Shown: positions 37,375 through 46,038, counted from the stretch's first letter. The stretch: 64,000 nt of DNA from an uncultured virus (IMG/VR IMGVR_UViG_3300025030_000078) (IMGVR_UViG_3300025030_000078); one strand, 5' to 3'. Notes: a model not told the origin generated them from the letters alone. Numbers and translations: made by a program.

Positions 37375-37517
37375 TCATTGCACTCTTCTTTATCCAGAGT
37401 GAACTCAAGGGCTTGTTCGTAGGCATCACAATAATCCCGCCCCGTAAAAGTTATTACGATAGGGATTCTTCTTCCCAAACAGTCCTCAAAAACAAGCATC
37501 ACTTCTATGGTAAGCAT
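37323..37517 (-). CDS. Hypothetical protein
   Basis: ORF between HNH and the phosphoesterase. Confidence 0.45.
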   Translation of the reverse strand: MLTIEVMLVFEDCLGRRIPIVITFTGRDYCDAYEQALEFTLDKEECNEWALIGGMKVRVLDTRS

Positions 37518-37518
37518 T

Positions 37519-37761
37519 TCAACGTCTCCTCCTCCCTTTCTTATGTCTCTTGGAAGAACCTGGGTAACATTTGTGGTATGCCCGATGACAGCGGGTACAC
37601 CACGTTATCAGGTTCTCAACGGTATATGCACCACCCCTACAGCGGAAAATTTTGTGATGCATAGTAAGCGGATTGGCTTTGGAGTCAACGCAGTTACACT
37701 TCTGACACCTGTAGCCGTCCCGCTCAAGTACAATATTTCGTACGGACGATCTCGGACACAA
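37519..37761 (-). CDS. HNH endonuclease
   Basis: RDGYRCQKC, HH, GG..TVENLITWCTRCH motifs. Confidence 0.88.
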   Translation of the reverse strand: MCPRSSVRNIVLERDGYRCQKCNCVDSKANPLTMHHKIFRCRGGAYTVENLITWCTRCHRAYHKCYPGSSKRHKKGRRRR

Positions 37762-37897
37762 GTATCACCTCCCAAAACGGATTTAGATTTCAAACTTCAG
37801 TTGTCAAAGAACAAAAAAAAGCGACCGTATTAGTCGCTTAGTAAGTACTCTATTCTTCTCCTTTATTAGGAAAAAGTTTCATTAACCAAGAATGAGA

Positions 37898-38260
37898 CTA
37901 TGAGATGTGTTTGTCAAGATATTTTATTATCCGCTTAAGTATGCTATGATTCGAGCTCTTATCCTTGTTGCGAAGGAGCGAGGTAACTGTGCTACCATAA
38001 GGTTTTGACCGTCCTTGTAATGCTATAGGATTTATTCCAAAGGACGGAGCAATTATATTTTCCAAGGCTATAAACATATCTAAAACATCTTTTCCGTCCC
38101 CAAAGGTTACTATTTCTATCGGATCTGCGTTTGGATTTTCTTTAAAACCTACCGTCTTAACAACAGCAATAATCCCGGCAGCCGCTCCGTATTCTTTAAC
38201 TATCCCGGTACGTTCCGAGTTTACCTTTACTTCTACAATTTCCCGCGTATTTTCCATCAC
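37898..38260 (-). CDS. Hypothetical protein
   Basis: ORF in the operon. Confidence 0.6.
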   Translation of the reverse strand: MMENTREIVEVKVNSERTGIVKEYGAAAGIIAVVKTVGFKENPNADPIEIVTFGDGKDVLDMFIALENIIAPSFGINPIALQGRSKPYGSTVTSLLRNKDKSSNHSILKRIIKYLDKHIS

Positions 38261-38271
38261 ACCATTTTACC

Positions 38272-38952
38272 TTATTCTTCTAAGTAATTTTCTGAAAGCA
38301 TCATCGCAGGCATTTCTCCTTGGGTATACTTGCACTCAGGATACCTGTTACAAGCCCAAAACACATTCCTGCTGCCATTATTAGTCCTTTTAACCAGTTC
38401 TCCCTTACCGCACGTGGGACAACTCGTTACAGCCTTAAGCTGGGGCTTTAAAAGCATTGCTGAAAACAAGTCGGACATATGTAACAACGTAGCGAGGGGG
38501 CTATTTTCTAACTTACCGTTAAGTACTGACCAACCGCCTTCTGCCATCCATAAAGCGTTCATCTCGTTTTCAGTTAGAACTACCCCGTACTTGGCACAGT
38601 AGTTTTGGACCAGCATTTCCTGAACTGCAAACGGATGTTTGATATAACTGTAGGTTATTCCATTATCGTCCGGGGTATAAAACTCCATCTTAGCAAGATC
38701 GTGTAAGAAAACACTTACTATAAATTCTTCCCGACTAATAACATTCTCACCATCATTATTCTTTAATCCTTCTGCTATAGGAAGTCCGAACTTAAGCATT
38801 TCCAGCATGTGCTGAATAAGACCTCCTTTAAAATTATGGTGATGGCGTTCTCCGCCGGGAGTTAGGGCGAGTCTTTCTTTCTCGGCTAAAAATATCCCGT
38901 ATACCTTTGTGTCCTTTAAATAATTATCCAACGTAGCGAGGGGGTCAATCAT
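38272..38952 (-). CDS. HD-domain hydrolase (YhaM-like) fused to a topoisomerase-type C4 Zn ribbon
   Basis: HHHNFKGGLIQH, LHDLAK and LHMSD motifs; CPTCG..LVKR...FWACNRYPEC. Confidence 0.85.
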   Translation of the reverse strand: MIDPLATLDNYLKDTKVYGIFLAEKERLALTPGGERHHHNFKGGLIQHMLEMLKFGLPIAEGLKNNDGENVISREEFIVSVFLHDLAKMEFYTPDDNGITYSYIKHPFAVQEMLVQNYCAKYGVVLTENEMNALWMAEGGWSVLNGKLENSPLATLLHMSDLFSAMLLKPQLKAVTSCPTCGKGELVKRTNNGSRNVFWACNRYPECKYTQGEMPAMMLSENYLEE

Positions 38953-39133
38953 TATTATTTCCCTTCAATCTGATATACCACTCAGATTTTAAACTATTAA
39001 TATTTTGGTACACATAAAGCTTTAAGTCTTTCTGATCTACTAAATAAAAGGTTGACTTGCGTTTCCAAACTTCAACAGTAGTTTTCCTATCCTGCAAAAC
39101 ATTATAAGCCTCTGCAAATACTCCTCCGTGCAT
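38945..39133 (-). CDS. Hypothetical protein
   Basis: Coupled ORF. Confidence 0.5.
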   Translation of the reverse strand: MHGGVFAEAYNVLQDRKTTVEVWKRKSTFYLVDQKDLKLYVYQNINSLKSEWYIRLKGNNND

Positions 39134-39420
39134 TATTCCAGTCTTTTCGCTATTGTTATGTCCTCATTCCCCCTACCCCCTTTAGTTTGTGATAGGTAGG
39201 TTTCAATCCACTTATACAAGTCGTAGCCGTATGTGTAGCCATCAACCCAGCCCTCGTCTGTTAGATACTTACCAAACCCCCTCACAGCTTCCCCTCTTTC
39301 CTTTTGTACTTCGGTGTTTGGTGTGTATCTCTCAAGAATATACTTCTGTACTTCGGGATATTTTGATAAAACTTCTGCAACTCTTTTTATTTCCTCTATC
39401 TGTTCATCTATAATTTTCAT
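39133..39420 (-). CDS. Hypothetical protein
   Basis: ATGA-coupled. Confidence 0.65.
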   Translation of the reverse strand: MKIIDEQIEEIKRVAEVLSKYPEVQKYILERYTPNTEVQKERGEAVRGFGKYLTDEGWVDGYTYGYDLYKWIETYLSQTKGGRGNEDITIAKRLE

Positions 39421-39761
39421 TCTGTCTCCTTTTGTTTGGTTTTGAGGGCTAAAATCAACATTACCGCTTCCTTCCTATCAATAAGTGCTGACTGATAGTC
39501 ATCATCAACCACTTCTTTGTCCATATTCTGTAACACCTCAATTACCTTATCTATTACACTATCCCAGCTATCTTTGGTGGGTTGGAGATAAGGCTGGAAG
39601 AAATTTAATATTAAATCAACTAAGGTACTAAATACCTGTTTTGTGGATAACACCGACATCTCCTTCCCAGCCCTCTTGTAAACCATAAAATTATTGTTAA
39701 ACTCTCGGAGTTCATTCTTTAAAATCTGTTCTTCTATCTCTCTGGCTGTATATGGTTTCAT
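39417..39761 (-). CDS. Hypothetical protein
   Basis: ATGA-coupled. Confidence 0.65.
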   Translation of the reverse strand: MKPYTAREIEEQILKNELREFNNNFMVYKRAGKEMSVLSTKQVFSTLVDLILNFFQPYLQPTKDSWDSVIDKVIEVLQNMDKEVVDDDYQSALIDRKEAVMLILALKTKQKETE

Positions 39762-40075
39762 TTTTCCTCACTTCCATTTAACTTATTACTGCTATCTTTG
39801 GTGGGTTTGAGATACGAACTAAATCTATCTCTGATTTGGGTTCTAATACGCACTAAATACCCCTGCCCGTCAGAGGTGCTTTTATTTCCTATATCTTCAA
39901 GGAACTCCAATACTGCCAACAACATCGCTTTCCTTGCTATAAAGACTTCCTTTTCCACATCAACGCTTGGAGTTGATTTGGAATATTCTGTCTCGTTGTT
40001 AGGTTTAACCTTACTGTTGTACTTTTTCATCATAATCCTCCAAAAAGAAATCAAATACTTCGGCAGGTGTTCCAT
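39758..40075 (-). CDS. Hypothetical protein
   Basis: Coupled ORF; the start may be the internal MMKK after GGAGG. Confidence 0.6.
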   Translation of the reverse strand: MEHLPKYLISFWRIMMKKYNSKVKPNNETEYSKSTPSVDVEKEVFIARKAMLLAVLEFLEDIGNKSTSDGQGYLVRIRTQIRDRFSSYLKPTKDSSNKLNGSEEK

Positions 40076-40535
40076 ATACCTTGAAACTGCCTTCCTCTGC
40101 GAATCGTTCCATAAAAGCCTTCTTCTTTCTCGTAATTGTCAGATATGCTAGGTTTTTTACAAGAGTAGAGAGCTCCCTTTCGGCTCTTGCAAAGTTAAAT
40201 CCGTTGTACTCACTATCAAAACAAGCTCTTAGTATTTCTTCTATTAAGCCGTCGGGACTGTCGGGTTCACTAATGGGTTCAACAGGTTGGTTATGTTTTT
40301 TCGTTACCTTATTCGTTACCCCACCAACACTTTGCATAGATTTAGGCTTTTCTTGCGTAGGTTTACTAACACCCCCATTGCCGGGAATCCCCTTATTTTT
40401 ACCCGTTGCCGGGAATCCCGGTGTTTCCTCATATAAAGATACGAGTTCGTCACGATATCTTTTTACTATATTCTTTTGTCCTAAACCCCTTAAATATCCC
40501 CAAAATATAATTTGTCTTTTCATAATTTCCTCCAC
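40011..40535 (-). CDS. Hypothetical protein spanning the junction (possibly an A/B chimera)
   Basis: Homologous to the ORF at 1..381 but with a different N-terminus. Confidence 0.65.
   Translation of the reverse strand: MEEIMKRQIIFWGYLRGLGQKNIVKRYRDELVSLYEETPGFPATGKNKGIPGNGGVSKPTQEKPKSMQSVGGVTNKVTKKHNQPVEPISEPDSPDGLIEEILRACFDSEYNGFNFARAERELSTLVKNLAYLTITRKKKAFMERFAEEGSFKVYGTPAEVFDFFLEDYDEKVQQ
40143..40450. repeat. Direct repeat, copy 2 (A/B junction)
   Basis: Same comparison as copy 1. Confidence 0.97.
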
Positions 40536-40571
40536 CGGTAGGACTACCGAGTAATCCTACCTAGTAAGAAA

Positions 40572-41303
40572 CTATTTCTTTTTTGCTTTAGCTTCTTTGG
40601 CTTTCGCCTTTGCGAGTTTTAGCTTGGCTTCTAATTCTTCCAAACTTTCCTCTTCTTCTACTTCCTCTTCTTGATCTTCCGTCTCCTCCGGATCTTCGGT
40701 TTTAGTTTCTTCTTTGTCTTTTTCAAGATCATCTAAGAAATTATCTAAACCGGGATTGAGGTTAGGAACATCGACCTCTGCAACTGCCGGTTTTGTTTCC
40801 GACTCAATTACAGTCTGCCCGGTCTTTGTAAGTGGAAGGGGTTCTAGCGGTTTTACAGTTTTGGAATACGACACTACGTTGTTAAACATAGCAGTATTGT
40901 CCTTGTTAGGATCTTCCGTGACCATAATATCCACCTGTTTTCCGATAAGTTTTTCCGGATCAAAGAACTTTGGACTTTTAGGATCCAACTCTTCTTTTGT
41001 TAGATCTCGTCCATAAACTGCTTTAGCTAGCTTCATTAACCAAGATTTTGTACTCAAACTTTGAGATACTTTATGCCATATAAATCTACCTCTGGTAGTT
41101 CCGGCATCTTTTCCATCTTCAGTTTCGGGCATTGGTTTTTCATTTAGCACCACATACTGAAAATTTAACATTTCCTCTTCTTGATTCTTCCACTTGTTAA
41201 AAAGTGTTTTGAAGTTAACGTCGGCAATCTGGACTGTATATTTGTCCGCAGGGACTGTTGAGAAGTCTCCGCCGATTCTTATGTCTGCTTTTCTTCCTAG
41301 CAT
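40572..41303 (-). CDS. Putative ssDNA-binding protein (DUF669-like)
   Basis: FSTVPADKYTVQI and LIGKQVDIMV OB-like pattern; long acidic tail. Confidence 0.6.
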   Translation of the reverse strand: MLGRKADIRIGGDFSTVPADKYTVQIADVNFKTLFNKWKNQEEEMLNFQYVVLNEKPMPETEDGKDAGTTRGRFIWHKVSQSLSTKSWLMKLAKAVYGRDLTKEELDPKSPKFFDPEKLIGKQVDIMVTEDPNKDNTAMFNNVVSYSKTVKPLEPLPLTKTGQTVIESETKPAVAEVDVPNLNPGLDNFLDDLEKDKEETKTEDPEETEDQEEEVEEEESLEELEAKLKLAKAKAKEAKAKKK

Positions 41304-41419
41304 AGTTCTAATTCACCTTCTTTCGAAAAATTAAGTACCCATCGTCCGGGACTGTTTATCGACATCTCCTGCCCCATAGATACGACAATCCCGGAGGATT
41401 GACACTTAAATGCCAATCT

Positions 41420-42532
41420 TTATTCAGTAAATCTTCTCCAACTTTCCGGCATCTTTTCCCAAATCTCTATGCCCTTAAACTTTATCGGTTCTAAAATACC
41501 AACTTCTTTTGCATACCCCACCATTTTAGATATCCCGTACTCTAGTGTGTGAGGCGTTCTATCCCCGAAAATACTTTTAAATTTTTCGTGATTGCAGTAC
41601 GCGTGTTTTACTTCGTTTCTTTCCGGTAAAAACATAATCTCCGCGTCCGGATTAAGCCAATCTCGGATCTTTTCCGCGATCTCTAACACCGTATAAGGCG
41701 TATCCGCCCCGACATTTATAATCTCGTTTGTGGTTTCTTTCATTTGACAACTTCGCGCAATGTAAGGAGCAACATCCCCAATATAGGAAAATGCCCTAGT
41801 TTGAAGACCATCACCAAAAATTGTTATTGGCTTGTTTTGGAAAATCTGATTCATAAAGATACCTAAAGCATTTCTGTAAGGATCCCCGTGGTGCTGTCTT
41901 TCCCCATACACATTGTGAGGTCTAAAGATTGTGTATTCCATTCCCCACATCTGATACGCCGCCTTTAAATCCATTTCTACAGCAAATTTAGAAATTCCAT
42001 AAGGATCCTCCGGCATTGGAAGCATCTCTTCCGACATGGGGTTTTGTCCGGCTCCATAGACTGCAATACTTGATGTAAATATAAATCTCTTTACGTTGTG
42101 CTTTACAGCCATATTTATCAAATTGACCGAACCGACGAGGTTATTCTCGTAATTGAAGTGTCTAATAAAGTGCGATAGCCCTTCGGCGGCGTAAGCCGCG
42201 AGATGGAAAACGTAGTCAAATTCATTCGCGTTAAAAAGATCCTGCAAAAGATTTACATCTGTAATACTTCCTTTTACAAAGTGACCGGTTCTTTGTGGAA
42301 CGTTTCGCAAAAATCCTCCGGATAAATCGTCAAGTATTACAACCTCATGTCCCATATTCAATAGCTCTTCCGCTACATGGGATCCGATAAACCCGGCTCC
42401 TCCGGTTACTAAAGATCTCGGTTTTCTATCTGTCTTTATTCTTCTTCCGGGGAAGTTTGGTTCCTCATCCGGAATGTTATCTATATCCTGTTTATCAGCC
42501 GGTAAGTAAGGATTATTTATTGGTAGATTCAT
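41420..42532 (-). CDS. NAD-dependent nucleotide-sugar epimerase/dehydratase (GalE-like)
   Basis: LVTGGAGFIGSH, DDLSGG, HLAA, SSIAVYG, YGISK, RPHNVYG and GDGLQTR motifs. Confidence 0.92.
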   Translation of the reverse strand: MNLPINNPYLPADKQDIDNIPDEEPNFPGRRIKTDRKPRSLVTGGAGFIGSHVAEELLNMGHEVVILDDLSGGFLRNVPQRTGHFVKGSITDVNLLQDLFNANEFDYVFHLAAYAAEGLSHFIRHFNYENNLVGSVNLINMAVKHNVKRFIFTSSIAVYGAGQNPMSEEMLPMPEDPYGISKFAVEMDLKAAYQMWGMEYTIFRPHNVYGERQHHGDPYRNALGIFMNQIFQNKPITIFGDGLQTRAFSYIGDVAPYIARSCQMKETTNEIINVGADTPYTVLEIAEKIRDWLNPDAEIMFLPERNEVKHAYCNHEKFKSIFGDRTPHTLEYGISKMVGYAKEVGILEPIKFKGIEIWEKMPESWRRFTE

Positions 42533-42695
42533 CTTTATTTTCCTCCTTTTTGTTTAAACTTTTTTCAAGATCTAAAAGTGCGCTAGCGGTTAAGTAAAAG
42601 AATAACTTTCGCAAATCTCCGGAAACGCGCTCCATGATCTTGTCTTTTAAAATTGATATATATTTTTCTACTATTTCTTTTTCTTTTTTGTTCAT
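42513..42695 (-). CDS. Hypothetical protein
   Basis: Coupled ORF. Confidence 0.55.
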   Translation of the reverse strand: MNKKEKEIVEKYISILKDKIMERVSGDLRKLFFYLTASALLDLEKSLNKKEENKDESTNK

Positions 42696-42696
42696 A

Positions 42697-43086
42697 TTAT
42701 TTTTCCTTTACCGGAGTCATTACCGGTACAAAACTTTCGCTAATTTTTTCTGCTACACCTCCGGCAATTTCTTCTTCCTGCATGGATTTTAAAATTTCCT
42801 TATTCATGCGTAGCTTCTCTTCTATAGATTCCTGAATAGCTTTAATCTTTTCTTCCTGTTTTTCTACAGCCTTACTAAACCTGTAAGAAGTTGTAGTTCG
42901 CAAAGTAAACTTGGCTTCCGGAATTTCTGCGCGACGATCGTCTCTATTGGCTAAGAATTTCGTAAGTTCCTCGCCTAAAATCTTTACATTCTCTTGTGCT
43001 AAAGAGAGTTCTAATTTTGCTTTATAGTAATCTTTTAAAAGTTTTGTACTTTCCATATTCTTATGCCGGACTGCCTGTACCGGCAC
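42697..43086 (-). CDS. Coiled-coil hypothetical protein
   Basis: ORF in the operon. Confidence 0.6.
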   Translation of the reverse strand: MPVQAVRHKNMESTKLLKDYYKAKLELSLAQENVKILGEELTKFLANRDDRRAEIPEAKFTLRTTTSYRFSKAVEKQEEKIKAIQESIEEKLRMNKEILKSMQEEEIAGGVAEKISESFVPVMTPVKEK

Positions 43087-43098
43087 AAGATATAAAAA

Positions 43099-43392
43099 TT
43101 ACCCTAAAATTATCCAGTCTTCCGCTACCATATCCCCAAGATTTATTATCATCTTATGTTCTGTAAAAGTGTTATCGGGAATAACTCTTTTTATGTGCAA
43201 CACTTCAGCCCGCAAGAACATATAAACATCCGAATCTCTCCAATCAAGTCTTGTAGCTTTTTTACCTTCTGATACTGCTTTTAGTGCCTGATAAAAATCA
43301 ACAAGAACTTTTCCTTGAAGTTCGTCTTTTTTGGAACTTGGTACGGGAGACATTGCTATAGAATCAATAGAATCAACGGCTGTTTCTTCCAT
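43099..43392 (-). CDS. DUF2829 / Tad2-like anti-defence protein
   Basis: F.QALKA..EGKKATRLDW and DMVAEDW signature. Confidence 0.7.
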   Translation of the reverse strand: MEETAVDSIDSIAMSPVPSSKKDELQGKVLVDFYQALKAVSEGKKATRLDWRDSDVYMFLRAEVLHIKRVIPDNTFTEHKMIINLGDMVAEDWIILG

Positions 43393-43592
43393 TATTTATC
43401 CTTTCTGTATATGCAACGGATATTTTCTCCGGCATAAAAACAACTACACTTTTTTAAATACTTCTCGTTTCCGGATACCTTCGCGGAATTGCATAGCATC
43501 TCATCTTTGTTATCCATAGAGGTATCAAAGGAATATACAAACGCAACCGTAGCTAAAACCATTATTATTAGCATGATAAAAAATTTAGTCAT
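43392..43592 (-). CDS. Small membrane-anchored Cys-rich protein
   Basis: N-terminal TM helix and four Cys. Confidence 0.55.
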   Translation of the reverse strand: MTKFFIMLIIMVLATVAFVYSFDTSMDNKDEMLCNSAKVSGNEKYLKKCSCFYAGENIRCIYRKDK

Positions 43593-43794
43593 TTTCGTTT
43601 TCCTTTTTGTAGGTTTCCAACCATTTATCCAGTTCCTCTTTTTTAACCCGGATAACTCGTCCGGAGATCTTAAAAGTAGGAAGGGGATTACTTTCGTCCT
43701 TTAAATATTTATAAACAGTATTTATGTGAACTCCCAAATATTCTGCAACCTCTTCTAACGTTAAAAACTGTTTGTATATTGATTCATCAACCAT
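43585..43794 (-). CDS. Excisionase-family (HTH_17/MerR-like) DNA-binding protein
   Basis: LTLEEVAEYLGVHINTVY...LP..KI...IRV...LDKWL. Confidence 0.88.
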   Translation of the reverse strand: MVDESIYKQFLTLEEVAEYLGVHINTVYKYLKDESNPLPTFKISGRVIRVKKEELDKWLETYKKENEND

Positions 43795-43800
43795 AAAACT

Positions 43801-43870
43801 ACTCTACCATGTGTGGTCTAATGTTGTCAAGTGTTATCTATTGACGTCTATTGTGGTCTATGTTAGGATA
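43801..43870. promoter_or_regulatory. Divergent overlapping promoters with 10-bp phased direct repeats
   Basis: + strand TTGACG-17-TAGGAT; - strand TTGACA-18-TAGAGT; nTGTGGTCTA-like units. Confidence 0.75.
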
Positions 43871-43875
43871 CAAAT

Positions 43876-44193
43876 ATGTTGGGAAATAACAAGTTTAAAA
43901 AGACTTTCATAAAGAAATCAGACACACTTAGATCCCAAGAAGACCAAAAATTACAAAAAGCGAAACAATTCCCTATTCAAAATCTATTTTCCGGATCCTT
44001 AAAAAGAACCGGAAACGCTCTTATTGGTTGTTGTCCTTTTCACGAAGATAAAAAACCATCCTTCGCCGTCTACCCGGAGACAAATACATGGTATTGTTTT
44101 ACGGAGCTTGTCGGAGGGGATTCCATTTCCTTTTATATGAAATTAAAAAGTGTAGATTTTCAAACAGCGTTGGGGGCGCTAGCCGGTGATTGA
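43876..44193 (+). CDS. Stand-alone CHC2 primase zinc finger
   Basis: CPFHEDKKPSF...WYCF...GGD.ISF motif. Confidence 0.85.
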   Translation: MLGNNKFKKTFIKKSDTLRSQEDQKLQKAKQFPIQNLFSGSLKRTGNALIGCCPFHEDKKPSFAVYPETNTWYCFTELVGGDSISFYMKLKSVDFQTALGALAGD

Positions 44194-44413
44194 ACTACGA
44201 AAACCAATAAAAGTACATGATATTAGCGTTAAAAAAAGACTGAACAGTATGGAAGTGGCGCTAGCCGTTTTATATCAAACTGAAGAAAACAGCGAGTTTA
44301 AAACCATTTTTATACCGCTTCCAATTCCTGAACCGTGGATTAAAAACGAGGAATTTTACTACGCTGTCGAGTCTGTATTAAATAAAGTTATAAAGGAAAT
44401 AAACAAAAAATGA
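44186..44413 (+). CDS. Hypothetical protein
   Basis: Coupled ORF. Confidence 0.55.
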   Translation: MIELRKPIKVHDISVKKRLNSMEVALAVLYQTEENSEFKTIFIPLPIPEPWIKNEEFYYAVESVLNKVIKEINKK

Positions 44414-46038
44414 CTGCCCAAGAATACTTAAAGGAACACGGAATATCAGAAACTACAGCTAAGAAATTCAATTTATCCTCGGACGATAATTTTTTACACA
44501 TCCCGGTAAAAGATGAAGATGGAAATCTTCTTTTTACCAAGTCCCGAAATCTTAACTATACAAAAGAAGGCACGGAACCCAAATATAAAAATCCTGCCGG
44601 ATCACACGCCGCCCTTTTTAACCTTAACGCGGTCAAGGACGAACCCAACATCGTTCTTTGCGAAGGTGAAATAGACTGCATGAGGTTAATTCAGGGGGGG
44701 ATACCTTCGGTCTCCTCCACAGGCGGAGCAGGCGGTTTTAATAAGGATTGGGCATCTCTTTTTACCGGAAAAAATGTCTGGATCTGTTTAGATAACGATG
44801 ACGCCGGTAAAGCCGGAACCCGCAAAGTTTTAGAATCAATTCCCCATGCCCGTGTAATATCCTTGCCGGAAGGCGTTAAAGATATTTGTGACTTCTTCCT
44901 AACACACACCAAAAAAGAATTCGTTCAACTTATGCGTCTTGCCCAAACTAAATCGGAATGGGAAACCTCAAACCTTCCGGAGGACTACAACCTTATTCCT
45001 ATTTCCGAACTTATAAACATGGAATTCGAAGTACATCCGTGGCTTATAGACAACATTCTTTACAATGAAGGTTTTTGTTTTATCTACGGAGCTGAAGGAA
45101 CCGGAAAGTCTTTTATAGCCCTCTCTATCGCGCAAGCGGTAGCCTCCGGCAAAGACTGGCTTAATCATTTTCATGTTTCTTCTCCTGTTAACGTCCTTAT
45201 TCTTGATAAAGAAAATCCTCTCTCAATGGTCGCTAAACGCGCAAAAGGTCTTGGTTTTAATTCTACTAACAGTAATGTTCACTATCTACAGTATCCGGAA
45301 AAGTTCCAGTTGGTTGACTCAAAAGGAGAATACTCCGCTTTCGCGCAAGCACTTTCCGCTATCGCAACTTCCAAAAACATCGGTCTTATTGTTATAGACT
45401 CCTTTGTTGACTTCATGCTAGGATCCGAATCCTCCGCCGAAGATACACAACTGTTTTTTAACGCCCTTCGAGAACTATTCCCTCATAAGGCTTTTGTAGC
45501 CCTACATCACGAAAACAAACCTTCACAAGGAGTTTTTAGGAATGACTCACAGCGCCTTCGCGGATCCTCAAACATAAACGCGCAGACCTTCACATCCTTT
45601 AGGTTAGAACCCGTCGCTAAAAGTAAAACAGAAATGACACTAAAACAAACAAAGGCAAGGGACGCACTCAAATTGGATAAGTTCATGATTAGGATGCAAG
45701 TAGGCGCGCAAGCGGATGGCTCTACAGTCGTTACGGGTTTTGAGTACGTTGGGGAAGTTGAAGAGTCGGTAGACGAAGGTAAATCCAACGAAGCAAAAGA
45801 ACTGATAAAAGAGATGATTATTGGGAAGAATTTCATCAGCCAAAAAGAGGTTATAGAAATGGGAACCGGAAGAGGAATTTCGGATTCAACCCTAAGAAGA
45901 GCTATCCGGGAAATGGTCGAGGAGGGAGAAATTAACAAAACTCGAAAGGGGAAAGAAGTGTGGTATTCAATGAGCCTTTTTACCAGTAATGACGCGGAAA
46001 ATGACCCGTCAGAAATCTTCAATGGAGAGATTTTGTAA
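44410..46038 (+). CDS. TOPRIM primase / AAA_25 (RepA-like) helicase with C-terminal winged HTH
   Basis: CEGEID, CLDNDDAG, KDICD; YGAEGTGKS, VIDS, LHH, RGSS; ISDSTLRRAI. Confidence 0.9.
   Translation: MTAQEYLKEHGISETTAKKFNLSSDDNFLHIPVKDEDGNLLFTKSRNLNYTKEGTEPKYKNPAGSHAALFNLNAVKDEPNIVLCEGEIDCMRLIQGGIPSVSSTGGAGGFNKDWASLFTGKNVWICLDNDDAGKAGTRKVLESIPHARVISLPEGVKDICDFFLTHTKKEFVQLMRLAQTKSEWETSNLPEDYNLIPISELINMEFEVHPWLIDNILYNEGFCFIYGAEGTGKSFIALSIAQAVASGKDWLNHFHVSSPVNVLILDKENPLSMVAKRAKGLGFNSTNSNVHYLQYPEKFQLVDSKGEYSAFAQALSAIATSKNIGLIVIDSFVDFMLGSESSAEDTQLFFNALRELFPHKAFVALHHENKPSQGVFRNDSQRLRGSSNINAQTFTSFRLEPVAKSKTEMTLKQTKARDALKLDKFMIRMQVGAQADGSTVVTGFEYVGEVEESVDEGKSNEAKELIKEMIIGKNFISQKEVIEMGTGRGISDSTLRRAIREMVEEGEINKTRKGKEVWYSMSLFTSNDAENDPSEIFNGEIL

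Larger units (their letters stand above)
1..40142. mobile_element. Phage A, apparently complete circular or circularly permuted tailed-phage genome of about 40.1 kb
   Basis: Packaging, head, tail, lysis and replication genes all present. 1-126 is identical to 40143-40268, and joining 40142 to 1 restores an ORF. Confidence 0.85.

Noticed and set aside
1..40450. Repeat read as attL/attR of an integrated prophage
   Set aside because: It lies inside a phage gene, there is no integrase or tRNA, and the flank is another phage rather than host DNA.
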